This document shows positions 40,230 to 60,235 of a stretch of 64,000 nucleotides of DNA, in pieces; the stretch's first letter is position 1, and each line of letters begins with the position of its first letter. The translations under genes were made by a program, and so were the position numbers. The stretch comes from the human T2T-CHM13v2.0 reference genome, Homo sapiens: NCBI RefSeq assembly GCF_009914755.1, contig NC_060931.1, one strand, 5' to 3'. The notes below the pieces were generated by a model. It did no database searches and was not told the origin of the DNA. It saw only the letters and a program-made list of their open reading frames with translations.

Positions 40230-42817
40230 CTGATAATAAGTAATGAGATCAAAGCCATAACACAGTCTCTCATCAAAGAAGAGCCCTGGACCGGATGACT
40301 TCACTACTAAATTCTACCAAACATTTAAAGAATTACTAATACCATTTCTCCTCAAATTCTTCAAAAAATTGAAGAGGAAAAAATACATTCAAACTCATTC
40401 CATGAGGCCAGCATTACACTGATATGAAAACAAGATAAGAACACAACAAAAAAGGAAAAGTATAGGCTAACATTACTGATAAACATAGATGCAAAAATCC
40501 TGAACAGAATACTAGCAAACCAAATTCAACAACACATTAAAAATATGATTACCTATAATCAAGTGGGATTTATCCGAGGGATGCAAGAATGGTTCAACAT
40601 ATGCAAATTCATCAACGTGATACATTAACAGAAGCAAGAACAAAAATCATATGATTATTTCAATAGATGCCTAAAAATCATTTGATAAAATTCAACATAG
40701 CTTTATGATAAAACTCTCATCAAAATGGGCATAAAAGGAGCATACCTCAAAATAAAAAAGGCCATATATGACAAACCCACAGCTAACATCATACTGAATG
40801 GGGAAAAACTGAAGGCTTGCAAGAGGACAAGGATGCCTGCTTTCACCACTTTTATTCAACATGACGCTGGAATTTCTGGCCAAAGCAATTAGTCAAGAGA
40901 AAAAAATAAAGTGCATCCTAATTGGAAAGGAAGAAGTCAAATTATCGTTATTCACAGACTGCATGATTTTATGCCTAGAAAAACCTAAAGACTCCACCAA
41001 AAAGCTGTTAGAACTGACAAACAAATTCTGTAAAGTTGTAGAATGTAAAATCACCATATGAAATCAGTAGTGTTTATTATACCAACGATCTGAAAAAGAA
41101 ATCAGCAAAGCAATCTCATTTATAGTAAATTCAAAAATGCAAAATACCTAGAAATTAAAGCAAAAAGTGAAAGGTCAATACAAAGAAAACTGTAAAACGC
41201 TGATAAAAGAAATCGAAGAAGACACAAGAAATGAAAAGATAGTCCATGCTTACAAATGGGAAGAAATAATATTGTTAAAATGACAATACTACTCAAAGCA
41301 ATTTATAGATTTAATGCAATCCCTATGAAAATATCAATATTTTTTGCAGAAACAGCAAAAACATTCTAAAATTTATGTGGAGCCAAAAAATACCCCTGAT
41401 ATTCAAAGCAATTCAAAGCAAAGAAACTGGAGGCATCATGCTACCTGACTTCAAAATATACTGAAAAGTCAAACAGCATGGTACTGCCATACAAACAGAT
41501 ACATAGACCAATGGAACAGCATAAAGAGCCAAGATTTAAATCCACACATTTACAGCCAACTCATCTTCAACAAAGACACAAAGAAAATACAATGGGGAAA
41601 GGACAGTAAATGGTGCTGGGAAAACTGGATAACTACATCCAGAAGACTGAAACTAGACCCACATCTCTCACCATATACAAATATCAGATAAAAATGGTTT
41701 AAAGACATAAATCTAAGATCTGAATATATGAAAGTATTGAAAGAAAATATCAGGGAAATGCTCCAGGACATTAATCTGGGCAGATTTTTTGTGTAAGACC
41801 TTAAAAGCACTGGTAACTAAAGCAAAAATAGACAAATGGGATGACATCAATCTGAAAAGCTGCTGCACAGTAATCAACAAAGTGAAGAGACAACATACAG
41901 AATGGGAGAAAATATTTGCAAACTATCTAGCTGAAAAGGAATGAATAACCAGAATATATAAAGAGCTCAAACAACTCAAAAATAACAACAACAATAATAA
42001 TCCTATTTTAAAATGGGCAAAAGATCTGAACATTGCTCAACAGAAGACACACGAGAGGCCAACAGGTATATTAAAAAATGCTTAACATCACTACCCATCT
42101 TAGAAATGCAAATCAAAACCACAATGAGATAATGAGATATCATCCCAGTTAAAATGGTTTTTATCAAAAAGACAGGCAATAGCAGATGCTGGAGAGGATA
42201 TGGAGAAAGGGGAAGGCTCGTATACTGTTGGTGGGAATGTAAATTAGTGCAGCCACTATGGAGAACAGTTTGGAGGTTCCTCCAAAAACTAAAAATAGAG
42301 CTACCATATGATCCTGGAATCCCATTGCTGGATATATTCCCAACAGAAAGGAAATTAACCTATGGAAAAGACAACTGCTCTCATGTTCATTGGAGCACTG
42401 TTCACAATAGCCAAAGTACAAAATCAACCTAAGTGCCTACCAACAGACGATTAGATAAGGAAAATGTGGCATATACACAGTGGAGTACTATTCAGTCATA
42501 AAAAGAATGGAATCTTGTCATTTGCAGCAACATTAATGAAACTGGAGGTCATTATGTTAAGTGAAATAAGCCAAGAACAAAAAGACAAATATCGCATGTT
42601 CTCACTCATATGTAGGAGCTTAAAAAGTGGATCTCATGAAGATAGAGAGTAGATTGGTAGTTATCCAAGGCTGGGGAGGGTGGAGAGGTGGGGGTGGATG
42701 AAGGGGAAAAAAAAGAATGTAAATGTATTTATTACCACTGAACTGTGCACTTAAAATGGTAAAACTGGTAAATTTCATATGTATTATTTCACCTTAATAA
42801 AAAATAAAGCTAAAAAT
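40230..42817 (+). mobile_element. 5'-truncated L1MA (L1MA3-like): ORF2 reverse-transcriptase and C-terminal remnants plus 3'UTR
   Basis: ORF fragments [20 protein letters not shown] and [10 protein letters not shown]...[23 protein letters not shown](G/T)TGGTAAAA at 40213-40229 and 42818-42834. Confidence 0.93.
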
Positions 42818-43269
42818 ATAATTAATTGGTAAAAGTATTTTGAGATTATATAAACATACTTCTCCTCATTGAACTTTTACCCATTCATTTTGATTTAATT
42901 TCAGTTAATGCTTTTTGCTTAAGTCAATTATTACCATAATGGTTTAGATATGGTAATTTTCTTTAATTTTTTATTACTTGAAAATATATTGTAAAGACTT
43001 ATTTCTGTTTATAGCAGTTTTTTTGAATGAGGGATAACTGTGTCTAATTTTTGTAAAAAACCTGATTGTCACTCTATGTTGCGGAAGTCAGCCTTTGAAC
43101 CTAGGGCTGTTAACTAAAACAAGCTGTACCTTTTTCTCAGTAGAGGTTATTTGTAATTAATTATAACCATGATGCTTCATTTGCATATTTGATTTTAGCC
43201 TTCTTTATCAAAAAATTTGTCACCAGATGGACTACTGCAGTCAGCCTTGGCTCATGGCACTGTGCCTCC

Positions 43270-43385
43270 CTATTTGACTGTTCACTCCCTGTGGACAGGG
43301 TTCACTCCTTTATTCACTGCTGTATGCCCAGGGCCTGACACCAGAAGGCATGCTATAAGTATCTGCTGGACAAATTAATGAGTGG
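43270..43385 (+). mobile_element. L2 3' end
   Basis: TTATTCACTGCTGTATGCCCAGGGCCTG...TAAGTATCTGCTGGACAAATTAATGA. Confidence 0.75.
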
Positions 43386-44670
43386 GTCAATATTGGTTTG
43401 AAGTGAACCATCTCTTTTTGTACAGGGCACAGTAGAGAACATTTGGGAAATCTAGGTGTTGCCAATGCACGATGGGCTCAGTTCTAGCTTTCTGGAAAGG
43501 CCTTCTCTCAAGAGGGGTTGGGCTGGGGGGTTCTGGCCCAATCCCAGTCCCAGTGTGGGCTCCTACAACTGGCATGTGTTGTGGGGTCTGCTCATGTGGG
43601 GATCCTGTGAGTTTAGTTCATGGGGAACTAGTATCCTGCTTGTTGGAGGAAGATGGAGTTTTTATAGCAGAGTCATCTAGGAGAGGAAGTGGTGTGTTTT
43701 TATCGCTGGGAGGCAGAGCCAAGGTTAAGATCCACGGGCGCATAGGATAAGAATGGAAGGAGAGTAGGCCATGATAAGACGGTTGTTTTAAAGCAAAGAG
43801 CATTCATTGAATACATGAGGAGTCAGGACTGAGGCCATAGCCTTTGTGTTTGATGCTGAGAGGAAGAGGTCTTCAAGCGAATGTCTTGAGACAGAACCTC
43901 ATGGTGAGGACAACAATAGGAGGACAGTCCCAGGTTTACATCAGAAATGTGTCATATCCAGATGCTGAAAATCTCACTGGCTTTATAATTCACAAAGATG
44001 AACTAATTACTTCTTTTTGCCGAAGGAGGAAACTAGGGGGAAAAGGAGAGAATGAGCAGAGGGAGTAGGAAATATTATGTCTCTACTTTGACCTTGAGTT
44101 TCTAACACCAAGTAGAAGAAAGAGATTTTTGTATCCTACCTCACTTTTGTAAAGGCCCTAATAAGTGAGTTTGCAGGTGTTTCCCAACGTACTTTCTTTG
44201 AAACACCAATTCCACGAGATATTAACTGGTATGTGATCCACCCTTCACCTTCCACAGTGCAGCGTTCCTTCAGCACTAGGTTCCATAGCACCTCCTCACT
44301 CATCTCCCGGGCACTGTTGCTCTTTCCTGCAGCTCCTCCACTGCTTTCAGCCCCTGCTGGTCCGGAGTTCACTTGGCTGCTGCCCCCAGGCCAGAGGTCT
44401 TGGGCTAGAACCCTCTCCAGCATAGGCTGTTTGCCTTCCTTGACCATCAGAATGGGGGTAAATTGCAAGGGGCCCCTGACACGTTTTACCCGCCTGCCCT
44501 TTATCCTTCACAACCCCATTCTACAGAGCTTGATGTGTGGTAGATGAGTTCACTGGAGAGCTAGCTTGATTAACAGAAATTACAGCATAAAAGAAGAAAA
44601 ATTTTTGAATTGTTTCTTTTTATGACTATCCCCCAAGAGAAGGCAATAAAAAGCTAAACACTTAAAGTGG

Positions 44671-44835
44671 TGTAAAAAAAAAAATTACTCATGACACTAG
44701 CTAAAGATGGTAAGGCAGACTTTATTTAGGGGGTCCATAGCGATCAGTGTAGAGACCACTGCACCGGGGACTTGTAGTGGGGAGAGAGGCTGAGCTCCAC
44801 TCTGAGCACAGCATAGGTAGCATAGGCAAGGTCCA
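44671..44835 (-). mobile_element. ERV1-class LTR fragment (MER31/MER67-like)
   Basis: TACTCATGACACT...GGTAAGGCAGACTTTATT...GACCACTGCA resembles the antisense end of this LTR group. Confidence 0.45.
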
Positions 44836-45016
44836 TGTTCTTCCTAGAAACCATTTCCTGTTCAAAGCCCTGGGCTGAATATCCTGCCCCTTTTTCAGAG
44901 GAATCCTGTGGTTTACTTATTAGGAACCTCATAAACTAAGCATCCAGTCCCTCTCCTCCAGGCTGTCTGTGGGACCCAGTAATCACAGGTAGTATTTATA
45001 CAAATTTATTTTGTCT

Positions 45017-45205
45017 AGAATTGCACTGTTCAATACAGTAGCCACTAGCTACATATGGTGATTTAAAATAATTAAAATGAAATAAAATGGAAAACTCAGC
45101 TCCTTAGTTGATCAATAGTCAATGTGACTAGTGACTAGCCCATTGGACAGGGCAGATACAAAATATTTTTATCATTACAAAAGTTTATCTTGAACGGTTC
45201 TGATC
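45017..45205. mobile_element. MER3-like hAT-Charlie MITE
   Basis: CTGTTCAATACAGTAGCCACTAGCTACATATGG...CCATTGGACAG. Confidence 0.75.
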
Positions 45206-45210
45206 TAAAG

Positions 45211-45430
45211 CAGGCATAGGGAAATTATAGCCAGCAGGCCAAATCTGGTCTAACACCTGTTTTTGTAAATAAAGTTTTATTGGAACACAGCCATGCTCAT
45301 TCATTTATGTATTGTTTTCTTTAGTGCTACACCATGAGAGTTGAGTAGTTGCAACAGGAAACCATATGGCCTTCAAAGCCTGAAGCATATGCCATTTGGC
45401 TTTTTATATAAAAAGTTCGCTGAACTCTGG
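45211..45430. mobile_element. MER58A-like hAT-Charlie MITE
   Basis: GGCCAAATCTGG...TTTGTAAATAAAGTTTTATTGGAACACAGCCATGC. Confidence 0.85.
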
Positions 45431-45915
45431 TTGAAAAAAATACTTCAGGTGAATGTTGCTACTTCAAGACTGGGCATTTTTGAGGTTCCCCGCCTTTATG
45501 GGGCACATATGTGGCCCCCCATCCTTACAAGTCATCTGATGCCTAATTTTTTAATCGAATAGACACAACATAAACACATACACATGTACACACATGTCCA
45601 CACCTTGTCCAAGGACAACTGTGTATACATTTTGAATGGAACCATTATGCTATTTCCCTAACCACATCACTTGCAGAGAGATATCTTACATTTGCTTGAT
45701 GTCACAATGTCTTGGGTCCAGTGGTACAAAATAAATAAACTAATTAGAGAAGCTTGTCAGGACCCATACATACCTACAAAGATTCTGCCAAGGTTTTGGT
45801 CTTTCTAGTATTTTATTTTCAGTCTAGTCTCTGCAAAATTATGATGGTTTTCTCCTACATGTAAGGACAGGTGATGACCACCTTAGATATTTCCTTCAAA
45901 TGCAAATGACTTCTT

Positions 45916-52578
<6,663 letters not shown>

Positions 52579-52689
52579 TGACTTCCTGGTTTTAGTTGGT
52601 GTGTGGTTGCTCCTCTATTTGGAAGTGGTATGAAAACAAAAAAGGGTAGTTTGGTGTAATATAATCAGGTACATATGAGTTAAGCAGAT

Positions 52690-52875
52690 TTATTTAGCAC
52701 AGGATTTCTCAGTACCTTTACAATGCAAATGTTACAATTGAATTTTTGAGAAATAGAATATAATTCCTTCCTATTCTAACTCTCCTTCTTTTCATCTCTC
52801 TGTCCCTCCCTGTACCTTTCTCTGAAGTATCTGTTGAAACTAGTATTCTCAGCAACACAAATTAAGAACAGTTGA
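52690..52875. mobile_element. Possible MER103-like hAT relic
   Basis: CAGGATTTCTCAG...ATGCAAATG...CTAGTATTCTCAGCAACACA. Confidence 0.35.
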
Positions 52876-52898
52876 TGCATACATTGACAGTAAAATTA

Positions 52899-53246
52899 TA
52901 GTCATTTGCCACATAATGACATTTCAGTTAATGATGAACCAACTGCATATATAATGGTGGTCCCATAAGATGATATTACTGTATTTTATTCTACCTTTTC
53001 TATGGTTAGATATGTTTAGATACAAAAAATTTACCATTGTTTTACAGCTGCCTATAGTATTCAGTCAGTGATATGCTGTACATGTTTGTAGCCTAGGAGC
53101 AGTAGGCTATACCATATAGTCTAGTTGTGTAGTTGGCTACACCACCTAGGTTTGTGTAAGTCCACTCTATGGTGTCACACAATGACTAAATCGCATAATG
53201 ATGCATTTCTCAGAGCACATCTTAGTTGTTAAGTGATGTATGACTG
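52899..53246. mobile_element. Tigger3a (MER7/Golem) MITE
   Basis: About 350 bp, terminal inverted repeats (T/C)AGTCAT...ATGACTG, flanked by TA. Confidence 0.9.
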
Positions 53247-53640
53247 TATTTGTTTTTTAAAATTATTTTTATTTTTATTACTTTTATTTATTTCAATAGG
53301 TTTTTGGGGAACAGGTGGTGTTTGGTTACATGAATAAGTTCTTTAGTGGTGATTTCTGAGATTTTGGTGCACTAGTCACCTGAGCGGTGTACATTCCTCC
53401 CAATGTACAGTCTTTTATCCCTCACCTCCCTCCCACCCTTCCCCCTGTGTCCCCAAAGTCCATTGTAAAATTCTTATTCCTCTGTATCCTCACAGCTTAG
53501 CTCCCACTTATGAGTAAGAACATACAATGTTTGGTTTTCCATTCCTGAGTTACTTCACTTGGAATAATGGTCTCCAGTTTCACCTAGGTTGCTGCAAATG
53601 CCATTTTTCATTCATTTTTATGGCTGAGTAGTATTCCATG

Positions 53641-53710
53641 GTATGTATGTGTGTGTGTGTACACACACACATATATATGTATATATATATATATATATAT
53701 ACATACACAC
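53641..53710. repeat. Compound (TG)n(CA)n(TA)n microsatellite in L1PB
   Basis: Read directly from the sequence. Confidence 0.92.
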
Positions 53711-56700
53711 CACATTTTCTTTATCCACTTTTTGTTTGATGGGCATTTGGGTACAATTGCAAATTGTACCACTATAAACATGCATGTGCACATGTCTTTT
53801 TTGTATAACGACTTCTTTTTCCCTGGGTAGATACCCAGGAGTGGGATTGCTTTTAGTTCTTTAAGGAATCTCAACATCATTTTCCATAGTGGTTATACTA
53901 GTTTACATTCCCACCAACATCCACACCAACCTCTATTTTTTTTTTATTTTTTTACTATGGCCATTATTGCAGGAGTAAGGTGGTATCGCATTGTGGTTTT
54001 CATGTGCATTTCCCTGATCATTAGTGAAGTTGAGCATTTTTTCTTATGTTTTTTGGCCATTTACATATCTTCTTTTGAGAATTGTCTATTCATGTCCTTA
54101 GCCCACTTTTTGATGGGATTGTTTGTTTTTCTTTTGCTGATTTGTTTGAGTTCATTGTGGATTCCGGATATGAGTCCTTTGTAAAAAGTATAGATTGTGA
54201 AGATTTTCTCCCACTCCGTGAATTGTCTGTTTACTCTGCTGATTATTTCTTTTGCTGGCATAAGCTTTTTGGTTTAATTAATTCCCATCTATTTGTCTTT
54301 GTTTTTGTTGCCTTTGCTTTTGGGTTCTTGGTCATGAAGTCTTTGCCTAAGCCAAGGTCTAGAGGGTTTTTCCAATGTTATCTCCTAGATTTTTTATGGT
54401 TTCAGGTTTTTAGATTTAAGTCTTTGATCCATCTTGAGTTTATTTTTGTATCAGGTGAGAGATGAGGATCTAGCTTCATATGTGGCTTGCCAGTTATCCC
54501 AGCACCATTTGTCGAATAGGGTGTCCTCTCCACACTTCATGTTTTTGTTTGCTTGGTTGAAGATCAGCTGGCTGTAAGTATTTGAGTTTATTTCTGGGTT
54601 CTCTATTCTGTTCCATTGGTCTATGTGCCTACTTTTATACCAGTACCATGCTGTTTTGGTGACTATGGCCTTATAGTACATTTTGAAGTTGTGTAATGTA
54701 ATGCCCCCAGATTTATTCTTTTTGCTTAGTCTTGCTTTGGCTATGTGGGCTTTTTTTGTGGTTCCATTCATGTGGATTTTAGAATTTTTTTTTCTAGTTC
54801 TGTGAAGAATGATGATGACATTTTGATGGGAATTGCATTGAATTTCTAGATTGCTTTTGGCAGTATGATCATGTTCACAATATTAATTGTACCCATTCAT
54901 GAGCATGGGATGTATTTCCATTTGTCTGTATCATCTGTGATTTGTTTCAGCAGTGTTTTGTAGTTTTCCTTGCAGAGGTCTTTCACCATTTTGGTTGAGC
55001 AGATTCTTAAATTTTTTTTTTTTTTTTTTTTTTTTTTAGCTATTGTAAAAGGGGTTGAGTTCTTGATTTGATTATATGCTTGGTTGCTGTTAGTATAGAA
55101 GAGCTACTGATTTGTGTACATTAATTTTGTTTTCTGAAACTGCTGAATTTATTTACCAGTTCTAGGAGTTTTCTGGATGAGTCTTTAGAGTTTTCTAGGT
55201 ATACGATCATATCATCAGCAAACACTGACAGTTTGACTTTCTCTTTTCTGATTTGGATGGCCTTGATTTTTTTCTCTTGTCTGATTGCCCTGGCTAAGAC
55301 TTCCAGTACTATGTCGAATAGAGGTAATGAAAGTGGGCGTCCTTGTCTTGTTTCTATTCTCAGGATGAATGCTTTTAACTTTTGCCCATTCAGCATAATG
55401 TTGGCTGTGGGTTTGTCACAGATGGCTTTTATTACCTTAAAATATGTCCCTTGTATGCTGATTTTGCTGAAGGTTTTAATCATAAAGGGATGTTGGATTT
55501 TGTCAAATGCTTTTACTACATCTATTGAGATGATCATGTTACTTTTGTTTTTTAATTCTGTTTATGTGGTGTGTCACATTTATTGACTTGTAGATGTTAA
55601 ACTGTCCCTGCATACGTGGTATAAAACCAACTTGATCATGGTGGATTATCATTTTGATATGCTGTTGGATTTGGTTAGCTAGTATTTTTTTGAGGATTTT
55701 TGCATCTATGTTTATCAGGGAGATTGACATTTAGTTTTCTTTTTTTGTGATGTCCTTTCCTGGTTTTGGTATTAGGGTGATACTGGCTTCATGGAATGAT
55801 TTAAGGAGAGTTCCTCTGTCTCTATCTTGTGGAGTAGTGTCAATGGTATTTGTACCAGTTCTTCTTTCAATGTCTGATAGAATTCAGGTGTGAATCCATC
55901 TGGTCCTGGACTTTTTTTTGGTAATTTTTTAAAATTACCATTTCTATCTCACTGCTAGTTATTGGTCTGTTCAAGGTATCTAATTCTTCCTGATTTAAGG
56001 TAGGAGGATTGTATCTTTCCAGGGGTTTATCCATCTCCTCTAGATTTTCTAGTGTATGCACGTAAAGGTCTTTACAGTAGCCTTGAATGATCTTTTGTAT
56101 TTCTGTGGTGTCAGTTGTAATATTTCCCATTTTGTTTTTATTTGAGCTTATTTGGATTTTCTCTTTTTTTTTTCTTGGTTAATCTTGCTACCGGTCTATC
56201 AATTTTATTTATCTTTTCAAAGAACCAGCTTTTTGTTTCATTTATCTTTTGTATTTTTTTTTGTTTCAATTTCATTTAGTTCTGCTCTGATCTTGGTTTT
56301 TCCTTTCTTCAGCTGAGTTTGGGTTTGGTTTGTTCTTGTTTCTCTAGTTCTTTGAGGTGTGACCTTAGATTATCTTTTGTGCTCTTTCCGTCTTTTTGAT
56401 GTAGGCATTTAGGGCTATAAACTTTATAGTTCTTTGAGGTGTGACCTTAGATTGTCTATTTGTGTTCTTTCAGACTTTTTGATGTAGGCATTTAGCACTA
56501 TAAACTTTCTTCTTAGCACTGCCGTTGCTGTATCCTAGAGGTTTTGATAGGTTGTGTCACTATTGTCATTCAGTTCCAAAATTTTTTAAATTTCCATCTT
56601 GATTTCATTGTTGACCCAATGATCATTCAGGAGCAGGTTATTTAATTTCCATGTATTTGCATGGTTTTGAAGGTTCCTTTTGGAGTTGATTTTCAGTTTT

Positions 56701-56927
56701 ATTCCACTGTGGTCTGAGAGAGTGCTTGATATAATTTCAGTTTTCTTAAATTTATTGAGACTTATTTTGTGGCCTAGGATATGGTCTATTTTGGAGAAAG
56801 TTTCATACACTGATGAATAGAATGTATATTCTGCAGTTGTTGGGTAGAATGTTCTGTAAATACCTGTTAAGTCCATCCATCTCTTCCAGGGTATAGTTTA
56901 AATCAATTGTTTCTTTGTTGGCTTTCT

Positions 56928-57226
56928 TTTTTTGTTTTTGTTTTTTAGATAGAGTCTTGCTCTGTCGCCCAGGCTGGAGTGCAGTGGTGCAGTCTTGGCT
57001 CACTGCAAGCTCTGCCTCCTGGGTTCACGCCATTCTCCTGCCTCAGCCTCCTGAGTAGCTGGGACTACAAGGGCCTGCCACCACGCCCGGATAATTTTTT
57101 GTCTTTTTAGTAGGGACGGGGTTTCACCGTGTTAGCCAGGATGGCCTTGATCTCCTGACCTCGTGATCTGCCTGCCTCGGCCTCCCAAAGTGCTGGGATT
57201 ACAGGCATAAGCCACTGTGCCTGGCC
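56928..57226 (-). mobile_element. AluY-like element inside L1PB
   Basis: GCAAGCTC...TTCACGCCATTCTCC and GTGTTAGCCAGGATGG. TSD TTTCTTTGTTG(G/A)CTTTCT. Confidence 0.97.
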
Positions 57227-60200
57227 TTTTCTTTGTTGACTTTCTATCTTGATGACCTGTCTAGTGCTGTCAGTGGAGTATTGAAGTCGCCCACTATTAT
57301 TGTGTTGCTGTCTATCTCATTTCTTAAGTCTACTAGTAATTATTTTATCAATTTGGGATCTCCAGTGTTAGGTGCATATATATTTAGGATTGTGATTTTT
57401 TTTTTGTTGGACTGTGATTTTCTGATTGTAAAATGCCCCTCTTTGCCTTTTCTAACTGCGGGTGCCTTAAAGTTTGTTTAGTCTGATATAAGAATAGCTA
57501 TTCCTGCTCACTTATTGTTTCCATTTGCCTGGATTATCTTTTCCCATGCTTTTACCTTCAGTTTATGTAAGTCCTTATGTATCAGGTGAGTCTCTTGAAG
57601 ACAGCAGATTCTTGATTGGTGAATTCTTATCCTTTCTGCCATTTTGTGTCTTTTAAGTGGAGCATTTAGGCCATTTACATTCAGCGTTAGTATTGATATG
57701 TGAGGCACTATTCTATTCATCATGCTATTTGTTGCCTGAATACTTTGGGTTTTTTCATTGTGTTATTGTTTTATAGGTCCTGTGAGTTTTATGCTTTAAG
57801 GAGATTCTATTTTGGTGTGTTTTGAGGATTTGTTTCAAGATTTAGAGCTCTTTCTAGCAGTTGTTGTACTGCTGGCTTGGTACTGGAAAATTCTCTCAAC
57901 ATTTGTTTGAAAAAGACTGTATCTTTCCTTCATTTATGAAGCTTAGTTTCCCTGGATACAACATTCTTGGCTGATAGTTGTTTTGTTTAAGGAGGCTAAA
58001 GATAGGACCCCAATTCCTTCTAGCCTGTAGGGTTTCTGTTGAGAAATCTGCTGTTAATGTGATAGGTTTTCCTTTTTAGGTTACCTGATGCTTTTGCCTC
58101 ACAGCTCTTTAAATCCTTTCCTTTGTCTTGATTTTAGATAATCTAATGATTATGTGTCTAGGTGATGGTCTTTTTTGTGATGAATTTCCCAGGTATTCTT
58201 TGAGCTTCTTGTATATGGCTATGTAGATCTCTAGCAAGGCTGGGGAAGTTGTCCTTAGTTATTCCCTCAAATTTGTTTTCCAAACTTTTAGATTTCTCTT
58301 CTTCCTCAGGAACACCAACTATTCTTAAGTTTGGTTGTTTAACATAATCCCAAACTTCTTGGAGGCTTTGTTCATTTTTCAAAATTCTTTTTCTTTGTTA
58401 GCTTGGATTAATTTAAAAGCCTTGTCTTCGAGCTCTGAAATTCTTTCTTCTGCTTGTTCAATTCTATTGCTGAGACTTTCCAATGCACTTTGCAATTCTC
58501 TAAGTGTCCTTCATTTCTGGAAGTTGTGATTGTTTTTTATTCATGCTATCTATTTCATTGAAGAATTTTCCATTTATATCCTGTATTATATATTTCATTT
58601 CTTTATATTGGACTTCACTTTTCTCTGGTACCTCCTTGATTGGCTTAATAGCCAACCTTCTGAATTCTTTTTTTGGCAATTCAGATATTTCGTCTTGGTT
58701 TAGATCCATTGTTGGTGAGCTAGTGTGATCTTTTGGGAGTATTAAATAATCTTGTTTTGTTATATTACCAGAATTGTTTTTCTGGTTCCTTCTCATCTAA
58801 GTAGACTATGTCAGAGGGAAAATCTGGGACTCAAGGTTGCTGTTCAGATTCTTTTGTCCCACAGTGTGCTCCCTTGATGTGGTGCTCTCCCCTTTCCCCT
58901 AGGGATCGGGCTTCCTGAGAGCTGAACTGCATTGATTTTTTTTTTTTTTCTGGATCTAGCCACTCAGTGGAGCTAGCTGACTCCAAGATGGTACTGCGGA
59001 GTGTGTGCAAAGAGTCCTGTGATGTGATCTGTCTTCAGGTCCTTCAGCTGTGGATACCAGCACCTGCGCTGGTGTAGGTAGCAGGGGAGTAAAGTGGACT
59101 CTGTGAGTGTCTTTTGTTGTATTTTTGTTTGATGTGCTGGTTTTGTGTTCATTGGCCTTCAGCCAGGAGGTGGCACTTTCAAGAGTGTATCAGCTGCGAT
59201 ACTATAGGGAGGATGCAAACTTGCCCTAGGGTTGGCTGGTTAGGTATTCAGATTTCTCAGGCAGTGGGCAGGGCCATAGAGCTCCCAAAGGATTACGTCC
59301 TTTGTCTTCAGCTACCAGGTCTAGAGAGAGACCACGAGGTGGGGGCAGTGTTAGGCATGTCTAAGCTCAGACTCCTCTTGGGCAGGGCTTGCTATGGCTG
59401 CTGTGGGGATGGGGATGTGGTTTCCAGGCCAATGGAGTTATGTCACCAGGAAGGTTATGACTGCCTCTGCTGTGTCACACAGGTCATGAGGGAAGTGAGG
59501 GAAAATCAGCAGACAGGGGCCTCACCCAACTCCCACATAGCCCACAGCCTGAAAAGCTGGTCTTTCTCCCACTGTGGCCCCTCAACAGCACTGAGTTTAT
59601 TTCCAGGCAGCCAGTGAGCAAGGCTGAGAACTTGCCCCAGGCTACTGGACTCCCAGCTGAGAAAGCAAGCCGACTCAACAGTTCCTCAGCTGTCCCACAG
59701 AGCCTGAAGCAGCAATCCACCTACTTCAAAGGGTCTATGGATTCTCTCAGCTTTCCTGGCATGTTCCTGTGGTAGGTGTTGGAGCGAAAATTCGTGATGT
59801 GGGTCTCCACATGCTGCTCTGTCCATCTGAGTGGGACCTGCTAGTTTGTCCTGCCTCTTATCTGCCATTTTCCTTCAATAAATTGCTTGACTGTATTTGA
59901 ATGTGGGGAAATGATGTGCCAACCTCATACCACAAGTACTGGAATTTCAATCCTGCTACCCCCAACTAAAATCTGTTAAGAGAACATGAGATTTTCCAAA
60001 CAAATGCCTTAGAATGCAAACATTGAGCTGAATGATTGGAGGTGGTGGTGAGGGACAGATGGTGGCTGGGGTGACAGACTGGATCTGTATCAATTTCTAA
60101 CAGAGATGACCTCTGAATCAAGGCAGGAAGAAGCCTTGTACTGCCTTGTTTTTCTCCTGACGGAATTTTCTCCATGGAAATGTTTTTGAACTAAAGGGTG

Positions 60201-60235
60201 TTTTGGAGCTTGGTGTGGAGCTAATGTTGTGATAC

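Larger units (their letters stand above)
53253..59887 (-). mobile_element. Full-length decayed L1PB1-like element
   Basis: L1PB 3' end (CAATAGGTTTTTGGGGAACAGGTGG), endonuclease start (ILTLNVNGLNAP...CLQETH), ORF1 (MRRNQKNNSGN), 5' end GGAAAATGGCAGATAAGAGGCAGGAC. TSD TGACTGTATTTG at 53241-53252 and 59888-59899. Confidence 0.96.

Noticed and set aside
45500-45518. Near-palindrome GGGGCACATATGTGGCCCC
   Set aside because: Too short to be a miRNA or MITE hairpin, and plausible by chance in 64 kb.
59114-59617. 167-aa antisense ORF in the L1PB 5'UTR
   Set aside because: Non-ATG start (TTG), GC-rich repeat sequence and no ORF0-like similarity that I can see.
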